From Candidatus Latescibacterota bacterium (GTDB lineage Bacteria > Latescibacterota > UBA2968 > UBA8231): a DNA stretch of 64,000 nt. Position 1 is the first letter of the stretch. Each line of letters begins with the position of its first letter. The position numbers and the translations under genes were made by a program. Below, one piece after another: positions 19,476-27,681 of the stretch. The notes under the pieces were generated by a model. That model did no database searches, had not been told where the DNA came from, and saw only the letters and a program-made list of their open reading frames with translations. The stretch spans positions 32,001 through 96,000 of the forward strand of contig CBDCDC010000001.1 of assembly GCA_965215195.1 (NCBI GenBank). The letters are read 5' to 3'.

Positions 19476-19782
19476 CAGATATATCTCCTCGGCAAAAAAT
19501 TAAAGATAGACAGGTCTGTTTCCAGCGACAAGTGCGCGGCGCGGGCGGGGTCCGGCTCGTGCTGACAACGGCGCATAACAATTTTCTTTTGATTATAAAT
19601 ATAACAATAATAACATGTTATAAAAAAAACAATCCCTTCTGTCGGCCATTGACAGCCCTTTTTGGATTGGCTATGTTTCACCCGAGGCGATGCCCTTCCC
19701 CAAGGCAGTTGGCTAGTTGTTCGGCCGTGCTCTCTTAGTGTTCATTGGTTTTTTCTAGCGCATACAGGTAGCGGAGGTGGTC

Positions 19783-22700
19783 ATGGCTTCGGCTGATTTT
19801 GTCCATTTACACGGTCACAGCGAGTACAGTCTGCTCGATGGAGGGTGCCATATCGGCGAGATGGCCGGCTTGGCCGCAGAGCACAAAATGCCGGCCTTGG
19901 CCCTCACCGACCACGGCAACCTCTTTGGTGCCATCGGGCACTATCAGGCCTGCCAAGACGCCGGCATCAAGCCGATCATTGGCTGTGAAGTATATGTCGC
20001 GATCGAAAGCCGCCATCGGCGCCAAGCCGCCCGCGGCCTGACCCACGGATCGAACCACTTGGTCCTGCTGGCCAAAAACGACACCGGATACCGAAACCTG
20101 ACCAAATTAGTCTCCAAGGGGTATCTGGAGGGCTACTACTACAACCCCCGCATCGACAAAGAGCTTCTGCGCCAACACGCCGACGGCCTGCTGTGCCTGT
20201 CGGCCTGTGTCAGCGGCGAAGTCGCCCATCTCATTCAGCGCGAGGGCGTATCCTCGGCAGAAAAAGCCGCCCGCGAGTACATGGACATCTTCGGCGACGA
20301 CTACTATCTGGAGATCCAGCGCCACGCCAACGACGGCAGAGCAAAGACCAACGACAACCTCCCGAAAATCGAAGCAAAGGTCAACGACGGCCTCCTGAAG
20401 CTAGAAAAAAAGCTGGGCCTGCCCCTAGTCGCCACCAACGACTTCCACTTCCTGCGCGCCGAAGACCACGCAGCCCACGCAGCCTTGGTCTGCATCCAGA
20501 CCAACAAGCAAATCACCGACGCCAACCGCATGTGCTATCCCGACGGCCTGTACATGAAAACGCCCGAGGAAATGTACAAACTGTTCGGCGATATGCCCCA
20601 CGCCTTGGAAAACACCCTCGAAATCGCCGAAAAATGCGACGTGCAGTTCAAATTCGGCGACTTCAAACTGCCTACTTTTCCCAAGCCCGAGGAGTTTGAC
20701 GACGACGGCCAATATCTCACCTACCTCGCCAACGAAGGGCTCAAACGGCGCTATGACCACATCGACGATACGTTACAAGAGCGCCTCAACTACGAACTAA
20801 ACGTCATCATCGAGATGGGGTACGCCGGTTACTTCCTCATCGTGTGGGATTACGTCCACTTCGCCCGCAACAACGGCATTGCCGTGGGCCCGGGCCGCGG
20901 CTCAACTGCCGGCTGTTTGGTGGCATACTCCTTGGGCATTACCAATACCGATCCCATCAAGTACAATCTGCTCTTCGAGCGCTTTCTCAACCCCGAGCGG
21001 GCCGCCATGCCCGATATCGACATCGACTTTGCCGACACCGGTCGCGACCAGATCATCCGCTACGTCATCGACAAGTACGGCGAGCACAACGTCTCCCAAG
21101 TTATCACTTTTGCCACCATGGGGGCCAAGGCCGTCATCCGCGATGTGGGCCGCGTTTTGGGCATGGATTTTGGCGAAGTGGACCGCATTGCCAAACTGGT
21201 GCCCAACGAACTCAAGATCTCCCTCGACAAAGCCCTCGACAAAGTCCCCGAACTCGAGCAGATGGCCGCAGCGCCGGACGAAAAAGGCCGGCTCATCGCC
21301 CACGCCCGCAAACTCGAAGGGCTCGCCCGCCACGCCTCGGTGCATGCGGCCGCGGTCATCGTAGCTCCCTCGGACCTGACCGACTTCGTCCCCCTGTACA
21401 AATCCCCCAAAGACGGCCGGATCTCCACCCAGTTCGACGGCGAAACTTGCGACGCGCTGGGCCTGCTCAAAATGGACTTTTTAGGGCTCAAGGAACTCTC
21501 CCTAATGGACGAGGCCGTCCGCCTCATCCGCCTCCGCCTCTCCGACTTCGACTTGGAGAAAATTCCTTGGGATGACCGCGCCACTTTCGACCTGTTCGGC
21601 CGCGGCGAGACCATTGGCGTGTTCCAGTTTGAAAGCAGCGGCATGCGCGAGTACTTGAGCCAACTCGAGCCCGACAATATCGAGGACATCATCGCCATGA
21701 ACGCCCTGTACCGGCCAGGCCCCATGGATATGATCCCGCGCTATATCGCCCGCAAGCACGGCGCGGAACCCGTGGCTTACGACCATCCCGCGCTAGAGCC
21801 GATTCTCGCCGATACCTTCGGGGTACTGGTTTACCAAGAGCAGGTCATGCAGGTAGCCCAGGCCTTGGCCGGTCTGTCGCTGGGTGAGGCTTATATAATG
21901 ATCAAGGCCATCGGCAAGAAAAAGCCCGAAGAGATGGCCAAAATGAAAAAGGCCTTCATTGACGGGTGCCGGGCCAATGGGGTGGATCGCAAAACTGCGG
22001 ACAAGGTTTTTGCCGCGGTCGAAGTATTCTCGGGCTACGGCTTCAATCGCTCGCATTCGGCTCCTTATTCGGAAGTCGCCTACAAGAACGCCTATCTCAA
22101 GGCCAACTATCCCAAGGAGTACATGGCGGCCTCCCTGACCATCGCGCGCAACAACACCGATACGCTCACCGTGCTTTTGGATGAGTGTCGCCGTATGGAA
22201 ATCCCGGTCCTACCGCCCGATGCCAACGAGAGTACGCTCAACTTTACGCCCACCGATGGGGGCGTTCGCTACGGCCTAGCGGCGATCAAAAACGTCGGCG
22301 AGGGTGCGGCGCAGAGCATGGTCGATACGCGGATTGCAGACGGTTCTTTTACCACCCTCTTCGAATTCTGCGAGCGCATTGACCTGCGCGCAGTCAACCG
22401 GCGCGTGGTCGAGAGTCTGATTGCCGCTGGAGCATTGGACAGCCTTGAAGGCCATCGCGCCCAAAAAATGGAAGCCCTTGAATTGGCTTTCAAGGCCGCG
22501 AGCAAGGCCCAAGAAGACCGCGAAAAGGGGCAGATCAGCCTCTTCGACAGCGGCGGCTCGTCCGAGCTGGTGGTTCAGGATTTGCCCGAGGTTGAGGAGT
22601 GGTCCGAGCGCGAGAAGCTGGCCAAGGAGCGCGACCTATTGGGCTTCTATCTCTCCAGCCATCCGCTCAAGTCCTACGCCCGCGACCTGAAAAACTTTGC

Positions 22701-23271
22701 TCGGCCCCTAAGCGAGATAGAGGGTCAGCGCAACGGTGCGCCGCTGCGAGTCGGCGGCCTAGTCGAGGAGGTGCGCAAGCTCTTCGACCGCCGCGGCAAT
22801 CCCTTTGCCTTTGTCACGCTCAAAGACCTCAACGCCACGGGCGATATCGCGTTTTTCGCCGAAGCCTTCGCCAACCACCAACAGCTACTCGTAGAAGGCG
22901 AAACCATCCTCGTAGAGGGCCGCGTCTGCGAACGCAACGGACGCCTGAGTTTACAGGCCGACCGCGCCCTACCCCTCAAATCGGCGCGAGCGGAACTGAC
23001 CAAGTCCGTCACCTTGTCGCTGTCCTACCAGAAGGTGGGCGACCCCCTTCTCAGTCGGCTGCGCCACCTCTGCGAGCGCCACATGGGCGATTGCGAGCTG
23101 TGGCTCCAGCTCAAAAACGGCGACGAGCAGGACAAGATGGTGCGCTCGAAGACGATTCGCGTGGATCCCTGCGATGATTTGCTGCGCGGCATTGAGGAAT
23201 TGATTGGCCCCCGATCCACCCGGCTGACGCCCAAGGTGCAAGCGCCCGTGGGCTTCCGCCATTCCAGTTGA
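19783..23271 (+). CDS. dnaE: DNA polymerase III alpha subunit
   Basis: PHP FVHLHGHSEYSLLDG/TDHGN, GPGRGS, MPDIDIDF, GYGFNRSHS, OB fold; no intein seen. Confidence 0.97.
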   Translation: MASADFVHLHGHSEYSLLDGGCHIGEMAGLAAEHKMPALALTDHGNLFGAIGHYQACQDAGIKPIIGCEVYVAIESRHRRQAARGLTHGSNHLVLLAKNDTGYRNLTKLVSKGYLEGYYYNPRIDKELLRQHADGLLCLSACVSGEVAHLIQREGVSSAEKAAREYMDIFGDDYYLEIQRHANDGRAKTNDNLPKIEAKVNDGLLKLEKKLGLPLVATNDFHFLRAEDHAAHAALVCIQTNKQITDANRMCYPDGLYMKTPEEMYKLFGDMPHALENTLEIAEKCDVQFKFGDFKLPTFPKPEEFDDDGQYLTYLANEGLKRRYDHIDDTLQERLNYELNVIIEMGYAGYFLIVWDYVHFARNNGIAVGPGRGSTAGCLVAYSLGITNTDPIKYNLLFERFLNPERAAMPDIDIDFADTGRDQIIRYVIDKYGEHNVSQVITFATMGAKAVIRDVGRVLGMDFGEVDRIAKLVPNELKISLDKALDKVPELEQMAAAPDEKGRLIAHARKLEGLARHASVHAAAVIVAPSDLTDFVPLYKSPKDGRISTQFDGETCDALGLLKMDFLGLKELSLMDEAVRLIRLRLSDFDLEKIPWDDRATFDLFGRGETIGVFQFESSGMREYLSQLEPDNIEDIIAMNALYRPGPMDMIPRYIARKHGAEPVAYDHPALEPILADTFGVLVYQEQVMQVAQALAGLSLGEAYIMIKAIGKKKPEEMAKMKKAFIDGCRANGVDRKTADKVFAAVEVFSGYGFNRSHSAPYSEVAYKNAYLKANYPKEYMAASLTIARNNTDTLTVLLDECRRMEIPVLPPDANESTLNFTPTDGGVRYGLAAIKNVGEGAAQSMVDTRIADGSFTTLFEFCERIDLRAVNRRVVESLIAAGALDSLEGHRAQKMEALELAFKAASKAQEDREKGQISLFDSGGSSELVVQDLPEVEEWSEREKLAKERDLLGFYLSSHPLKSYARDLKNFARPLSEIEGQRNGAPLRVGGLVEEVRKLFDRRGNPFAFVTLKDLNATGDIAFFAEAFANHQQLLVEGETILVEGRVCERNGRLSLQADRALPLKSARAELTKSVTLSLSYQKVGDPLLSRLRHLCERHMGDCELWLQLKNGDEQDKMVRSKTIRVDPCDDLLRGIEELIGPRSTRLTPKVQAPVGFRHSS

Positions 23272-23284
23272 ATACAGGACGACT

Positions 23285-23842
23285 ATGTGCGCAATGGCGA
23301 TCAAAGGGCTTGTGAGCGGGTTGGCACTCCTAGCGCTGGGCTGTGGTTCCCCCGAGCCGCAAGGGGACAAGCTCTTCCCCCCGCAGTCTGTTCAGTGGAC
23401 GGACTATCAGGGCCAGAGCGTGGATTTGCGCGATTACGAGGGCAAGGTCGTCCTGATCAACTTCTGGGCTACTTGGTGCGGCCCGTGCCGCTACGAGATT
23501 CCAGCCTTGGTCGAGATGAGCAATGAGTACGACCCCGAGCAAGTGGCGATCATTGGCATTTCCCTAGATCAAGGCCCCACCGAGCGCGTCCTGCCCCTAA
23601 TAGGCGAGTTCGTCGAGCGCTTGGCCATCAACTACCCGGTGGTTCACGACAGTCAACAGGAGCTGCTCCGCGCCTTCTACAAAAAAAATTTGGCGAGAGT
23701 AGGCGTACCGCTCACCGTTGTTTTTGATCGCGCAGGCCGCGTGTACAAGACGCACGTAGGCGTACCGCGCGATAGGAGCGGCCGGCTCAATCCCCGCGGA
23801 GTATTCGGCGAGGATATCGAGACCCTGTTGGCCCGCTCGTAG
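23285..23842 (+). CDS. TlpA/ResA-like thiol-disulfide oxidoreductase lipoprotein
   Basis: Lipobox LALGC; NFWATWCGPC. Confidence 0.88.
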   Translation: MCAMAIKGLVSGLALLALGCGSPEPQGDKLFPPQSVQWTDYQGQSVDLRDYEGKVVLINFWATWCGPCRYEIPALVEMSNEYDPEQVAIIGISLDQGPTERVLPLIGEFVERLAINYPVVHDSQQELLRAFYKKNLARVGVPLTVVFDRAGRVYKTHVGVPRDRSGRLNPRGVFGEDIETLLARS

Positions 23843-23859
23843 GGCGTCGGCACATAGCA

Positions 23860-23897
23860 AAAGAAGGGATGGTCCGCAGTGGGACCATCCCTTCTTT
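23860..23897. terminator. bidirectional terminator hairpin
   Basis: AAAGAAGGGATGGTCC-GCAGTG-GGACCATCCCTTCTTT perfect 16-bp stem between convergent genes. Confidence 0.8.
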
Positions 23898-23921
23898 GCA
23901 TATAGGCGATTGCGCGTTGCC

Positions 23922-24215
23922 CTAGTGGTTTGAGTAGTGCTCCTCTAAGACTTGCTCGCCGTGGCGCTGGACCAGCACTTCTTTGAACTTGGCGATGGAG
24001 TCGCCGGCGCGCAGGTGCTTGAGCATCTCGCTTTTGGACATGACCATCAGCGTACCGCTCTTGTAGTCGGGGAAGCGACAAAAGCTGTATTCGATTGGCT
24101 CGCCAGTGACGCAGCAGGTGTCTTCCATTTCTAGCTCAACTTGCGTACCGGGGTCAAACGAAAATTCAGCGTTGTCGTCGTCGCTGTTGGACTGGATTTT
24201 TTTCGGCCGTGCCAT
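23922..24215 (-). CDS. hypothetical protein (97 aa)
   Basis: GAGGAG RBS, host-like codon use, fills the gap between map and the terminator. Confidence 0.7.
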   Translation of the reverse strand: MARPKKIQSNSDDDNAEFSFDPGTQVELEMEDTCCVTGEPIEYSFCRFPDYKSGTLMVMSKSEMLKHLRAGDSIAKFKEVLVQRHGEQVLEEHYSNH

Positions 24216-24272
24216 GTTGTTCTCCTCGTGAGATGAACTGAAAAAATAAGAAAATGCCGCCGCTGAGCAAGC

Positions 24273-25034
24273 TCAGTACGGCAGATCGGCAAAGCGCGAC
24301 AGCACGTCCGGCCCGTTGTGGGTGACGGCCACGGTGTGCTCGTATTGAGCCGAGAGTTTGCCGTCGGCTGTGACAGCCGTCCAGTCGTCGTCGAGCACGC
24401 GCGTGTCGTGCTCGCCCTCGTTGACCATCGGCTCAATGGTAAATACCATGCCGCTTTGCAGGCGGCGGCCCGTGCCGGCCTTGCCGTAGTGGAGCAACTG
24501 GGGTTCCTCGTGGAAGTTGCGGCCAATGCCGTGGCCGCAGTACGCACGCACGATGGAAAAGCCGTGCGCTTCGACGTAGCTTTGGATGGCGTGGCCAATG
24601 TCGCCGAGGCGTTGCCCGGGCGCACAGGCGGCCAATCCCGCCTCCAAGCTCTGGCGCGTGGCGTCGAGCAGGCGCTGGGCCTTAGGGGTCACGCAGCCGA
24701 CTTTCATGGTGACGTTCATGTCGCCGTGGAAGCCATCCTTTTTAACGGCAATGTCAACGGCGAGGATGTCTCCCTCCTGCAGGACGCGGTCTCCGGGGAT
24801 GCCGTGGACGACTTCGTCGTTGACCGAGATGCAGATGCTGCGGGGAAAGCCGCGGTAGCCCAAGGCACTGGCGACCGCCCCTTGGCTGCGGATGTAGCGG
24901 TCGGCTATTTGATCGAGGTGGAGGGTAGTGACTCCGGGCGCGAGGGCCTCTTCGACGCGGAGCATGGCTTCGGCGGCGATGCGGCAACTGGCGCGGATGC
25001 GGTCGATTTCCAAGGCAGATTTGAGATGTATCAT
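24273..25034 (-). CDS. map: type I methionine aminopeptidase
   Basis: CISVNDEVVHGIP, HGD, GHGIGRNFHEEP, FTIEPM, SAQYEHT. Confidence 0.96.
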   Translation of the reverse strand: MIHLKSALEIDRIRASCRIAAEAMLRVEEALAPGVTTLHLDQIADRYIRSQGAVASALGYRGFPRSICISVNDEVVHGIPGDRVLQEGDILAVDIAVKKDGFHGDMNVTMKVGCVTPKAQRLLDATRQSLEAGLAACAPGQRLGDIGHAIQSYVEAHGFSIVRAYCGHGIGRNFHEEPQLLHYGKAGTGRRLQSGMVFTIEPMVNEGEHDTRVLDDDWTAVTADGKLSAQYEHTVAVTHNGPDVLSRFADLPY

Positions 25035-25148
25035 AGGGATTAAAAATCGGGCATTGAGCGGAAAAATGTCAAGCTCTTATACATTAGAAGCTGTCTGCTT
25101 CACCGCGCCTTTAGGCGTGACAAACCCTCGGAGAGACCGCGTTGAGCC

Positions 25149-25234
25149 GCGGTCGGAGGCCCTCGGGGGGAGCGTTTTTCGCGGTCGAGAGGCCCTCGGG
25201 GGAGCATTTTTCGAGGGCGAGATGCCCTCGCTCC
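25149..25234. repeat. REP-like 32-bp tandem repeat (2 degenerate units plus 1 palindromic unit)
   Basis: Units start at 25149, 25181, 25213; third is GAGGGCGAGATGCCCTCG, matching the internal palindrome of the element at 6591-6713. Confidence 0.65.
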
Positions 25235-25307
25235 TAGCGCGTTTTCTCACACGAGGGACGGTCGCGGAATTTCAGACAGCTTCTAAAAACGCAACTAGCT
25301 AACGACC

Positions 25308-26330
25308 ATGCAAACGCCCCGCGTATCAGTACTACTCCCCGTGTTCAATGCAGCCGCCACGCTGGCGGAAACCTTAGAGAGTATCCAAGCGCAGAGCTGC
25401 GAAGATTTTGAGGTCATGGCCATAGACGACGGCTCGGAGGACGAGAGCGGGGACCTGCTCTTGGAATGGACTCTCCGCGACCGCCGCTTTAGGACGTTGA
25501 TATCCGACCACCGAGGCATTGTCGAGGCCCCCAACCGGGGCTTGGCCTTTTGTCGGGGTGCGTACGTGGCGCGCATGGACGCCGACGACCGGATGCACCC
25601 CGAGCGCTTGGAAAAACAACTCGCGTGGTTGGAAGGAGATCCTACGCTGAGCGTAGTGAGCTGCTTGGTGGAGATCTTTCCGCGCGAGGAGACCGGGGAG
25701 GGGATGTTGGTGTACGAGGCTTGGTTGAACGGCTTGGTGGATAGCGCGGCGATTGAACGAGAGTTTTTCGTCGAGAGTCCCATCGCCAATCCGTCGGCCA
25801 TGATGCGCCGCGAGGAGCTGGTGGCCTTGGGGGGCTACCAAGATCGGGGATGGCCGGAAGACTACGATCTGTGGTTGCGCTATCGGGCGGCGGGTCGGCG
25901 CTTTGCCAAGGTGCCGGAGGTCTTGCACTACTGGCGCGAGCATCCGCAGCGGGCCACCCACGTGCAGGGCCGCTACTCGGTGGAGAATTTCCTCCGCGCC
26001 AAAGCGCATTACCTTTGCGCCGGGCCCCTGCAAGAGCGGGACGGGCTGGCTGTCTGGGGCGCGGGCAAGACCGGCCGCCGGCTCGCCAAGCACCTGGAGC
26101 GCGAAGGCCGCGCTCCCGATGTATTTGTCGATATTGCGCCGCAAAAAATCGGCGGCACCTTGCGGCGCAAGCCCGTGATCGGGCCGGAGGACTTGCCGGC
26201 TTGGCGGGTGCGCCACGAGCGGCCGATCCTATTGGCGGCCGTGGCGTCGCGGGGTGCGCGGGCCCTGATTCGGCGGCATCTGCGGGAGGAGGGCTGGGTG
26301 GAGGGCGCGGACTTTTTATGCGTAGCTTAA
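25308..26330 (+). CDS. glycosyltransferase family 2
   Basis: VSVLLPVFN, IDDGSED, ARMDADD, PEDYDLW; C-terminal WGAGKTG Rossmann-like domain. Confidence 0.9.
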   Translation: MQTPRVSVLLPVFNAAATLAETLESIQAQSCEDFEVMAIDDGSEDESGDLLLEWTLRDRRFRTLISDHRGIVEAPNRGLAFCRGAYVARMDADDRMHPERLEKQLAWLEGDPTLSVVSCLVEIFPREETGEGMLVYEAWLNGLVDSAAIEREFFVESPIANPSAMMRREELVALGGYQDRGWPEDYDLWLRYRAAGRRFAKVPEVLHYWREHPQRATHVQGRYSVENFLRAKAHYLCAGPLQERDGLAVWGAGKTGRRLAKHLEREGRAPDVFVDIAPQKIGGTLRRKPVIGPEDLPAWRVRHERPILLAAVASRGARALIRRHLREEGWVEGADFLCVA

Positions 26331-26348
26331 AAAAGGAAAGGCAGCGAC

Positions 26349-27158
26349 ATGACAGTGCAGTACAGTCTCAACACATCGACGATCCGCCCGGCATCGCTGA
26401 TGGAGAAAATCCGCATCGCCGGGCAGACCGGCTACAAGGGCATTGAGCTATGGAACGATGACTTGACCGCGCACGAGCAACAGGGCGGCTCGCTCGCGGA
26501 CGTGCGGCAGGCCCTATCCTACTATGGGCTGGCGGTGCCGACCGTCATTGCACTCCACGGCTGGTTGGGGTCTGAAGGCACGGCGCGGGTGCAGGCATTG
26601 GAGGAGGTTCGGCGGCGGATGGCGCAGGCCGTAGCGGTGGGGGCCGAGTTTATCGTGGCCAGCCCGCCGCTGGATCCCTGCGACCTGAGCCGAGGCGGGG
26701 CCGATTACCGCGAATTGCTGGAGATCGGCAGAGAAATCGGCGTGCGGCCGGCCATGGAGTACCTAGGCTTTGTACAGAGCGTGTACACCATTGATCAAGC
26801 TTGGCAGATTGCCACCGACGCCGACCATTTAGATGCAAGTTTGATCATGGACCCGTTCCACATTCTACGCGGCGGCGGTCCCATTGCGAGCATCGCCAAG
26901 GTGCCCGGTGCCAAGGTCGCGGTCTGGCACTGGAACGATGCCCCCGGCGACAAGCCCTTTGCCGAACAAAGCGACGCCGACCGGGTGATGCCGGGCGACG
27001 GGGCCGGGCCACTGCGCGAGATCGAGCGGCTGGCGCGAGCGCAGGGATACGAGGGGTTTGTGTCGCTGGAGCTGTTCAATCCGAAGCTATGGGAGCAGGA
27101 CCTAGCGGAAGTTGCCCGGATCGGCTTGGAAAAGATGCGGGCGTATTTTGCCGGCTAG
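26349..27158 (+). CDS. sugar phosphate isomerase/epimerase (xylose-isomerase-like TIM barrel)
   Basis: GYKGIELW, MEYLG, MDPFH, HWND, RVMPGDG, VSLELF. Confidence 0.85.
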   Translation: MTVQYSLNTSTIRPASLMEKIRIAGQTGYKGIELWNDDLTAHEQQGGSLADVRQALSYYGLAVPTVIALHGWLGSEGTARVQALEEVRRRMAQAVAVGAEFIVASPPLDPCDLSRGGADYRELLEIGREIGVRPAMEYLGFVQSVYTIDQAWQIATDADHLDASLIMDPFHILRGGGPIASIAKVPGAKVAVWHWNDAPGDKPFAEQSDADRVMPGDGAGPLREIERLARAQGYEGFVSLELFNPKLWEQDLAEVARIGLEKMRAYFAG

Positions 27159-27177
27159 GACCTCAGCCGCAACCGCT

Positions 27178-27681
27178 CTACAGCCCCAGAATCTCGCGCG
27201 TTTTTTGCGGCAGTGCCCGCCAGTTGGCGATCAGATAGCGGTTGCCATCGACATCCTCGATGATGGCCCGGCCGCCGGAGAGTATGCGCACATTGGTGCG
27301 GTAGCCGCGGATTTCGAGTTGGCGGGGACCGCTGGTGGTTTCGATCTGTCCGCGCAGCACCCCGAATTCCTCGTCGAGGCTATTGAAAGCGAGGACCTGC
27401 GGTTGAAAGTAGATCTTGTCGAGCTCGTCTAGCAGCACTTGGCGGCTTTGGGCGTCGAGCTGCTGCGGGTCTTCGATTAGGCCGAGTTCTTGGTCTTCGG
27501 CGGCAAAGACGCCGATGTAGCGGTTGGCCTCTTCTAATGGGAAGGCGCGGCGGATCTTGAGGTCGGTGTGGTCCTCGCCATCGAGCGCGAGGATCAAACT
27601 GCCGCGCTCGGAGCGGCTGAAGCGCATCTTTTGCGGGTCGAGCAGAAAATCCTCGTACGAATAACCGCGTGCTTCGCTCAT
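27178..27681 (-). CDS. DUF1854 family protein
   Basis: RRAFPL, ELDKIYFQP, ETTSG, IEDVDGNRYLI; overlaps the ABC transporter stop. Confidence 0.8.
   Translation of the reverse strand: MSEARGYSYEDFLLDPQKMRFSRSERGSLILALDGEDHTDLKIRRAFPLEEANRYIGVFAAEDQELGLIEDPQQLDAQSRQVLLDELDKIYFQPQVLAFNSLDEEFGVLRGQIETTSGPRQLEIRGYRTNVRILSGGRAIIEDVDGNRYLIANWRALPQKTREILGL

Noticed and set aside
19475-19681. Small ORFs in AT-rich intergenic regions (also 54308-54650 and 57687-58040)
   Set aside because: No RBS or recognisable motifs and atypical composition; more likely promoter regions.
19165-19780. Integrated element at tRNA-Leu (likewise at tRNA-Val)
   Set aside because: No integrase or duplicated tRNA 3' end; flanks are ordinary genes and terminators.
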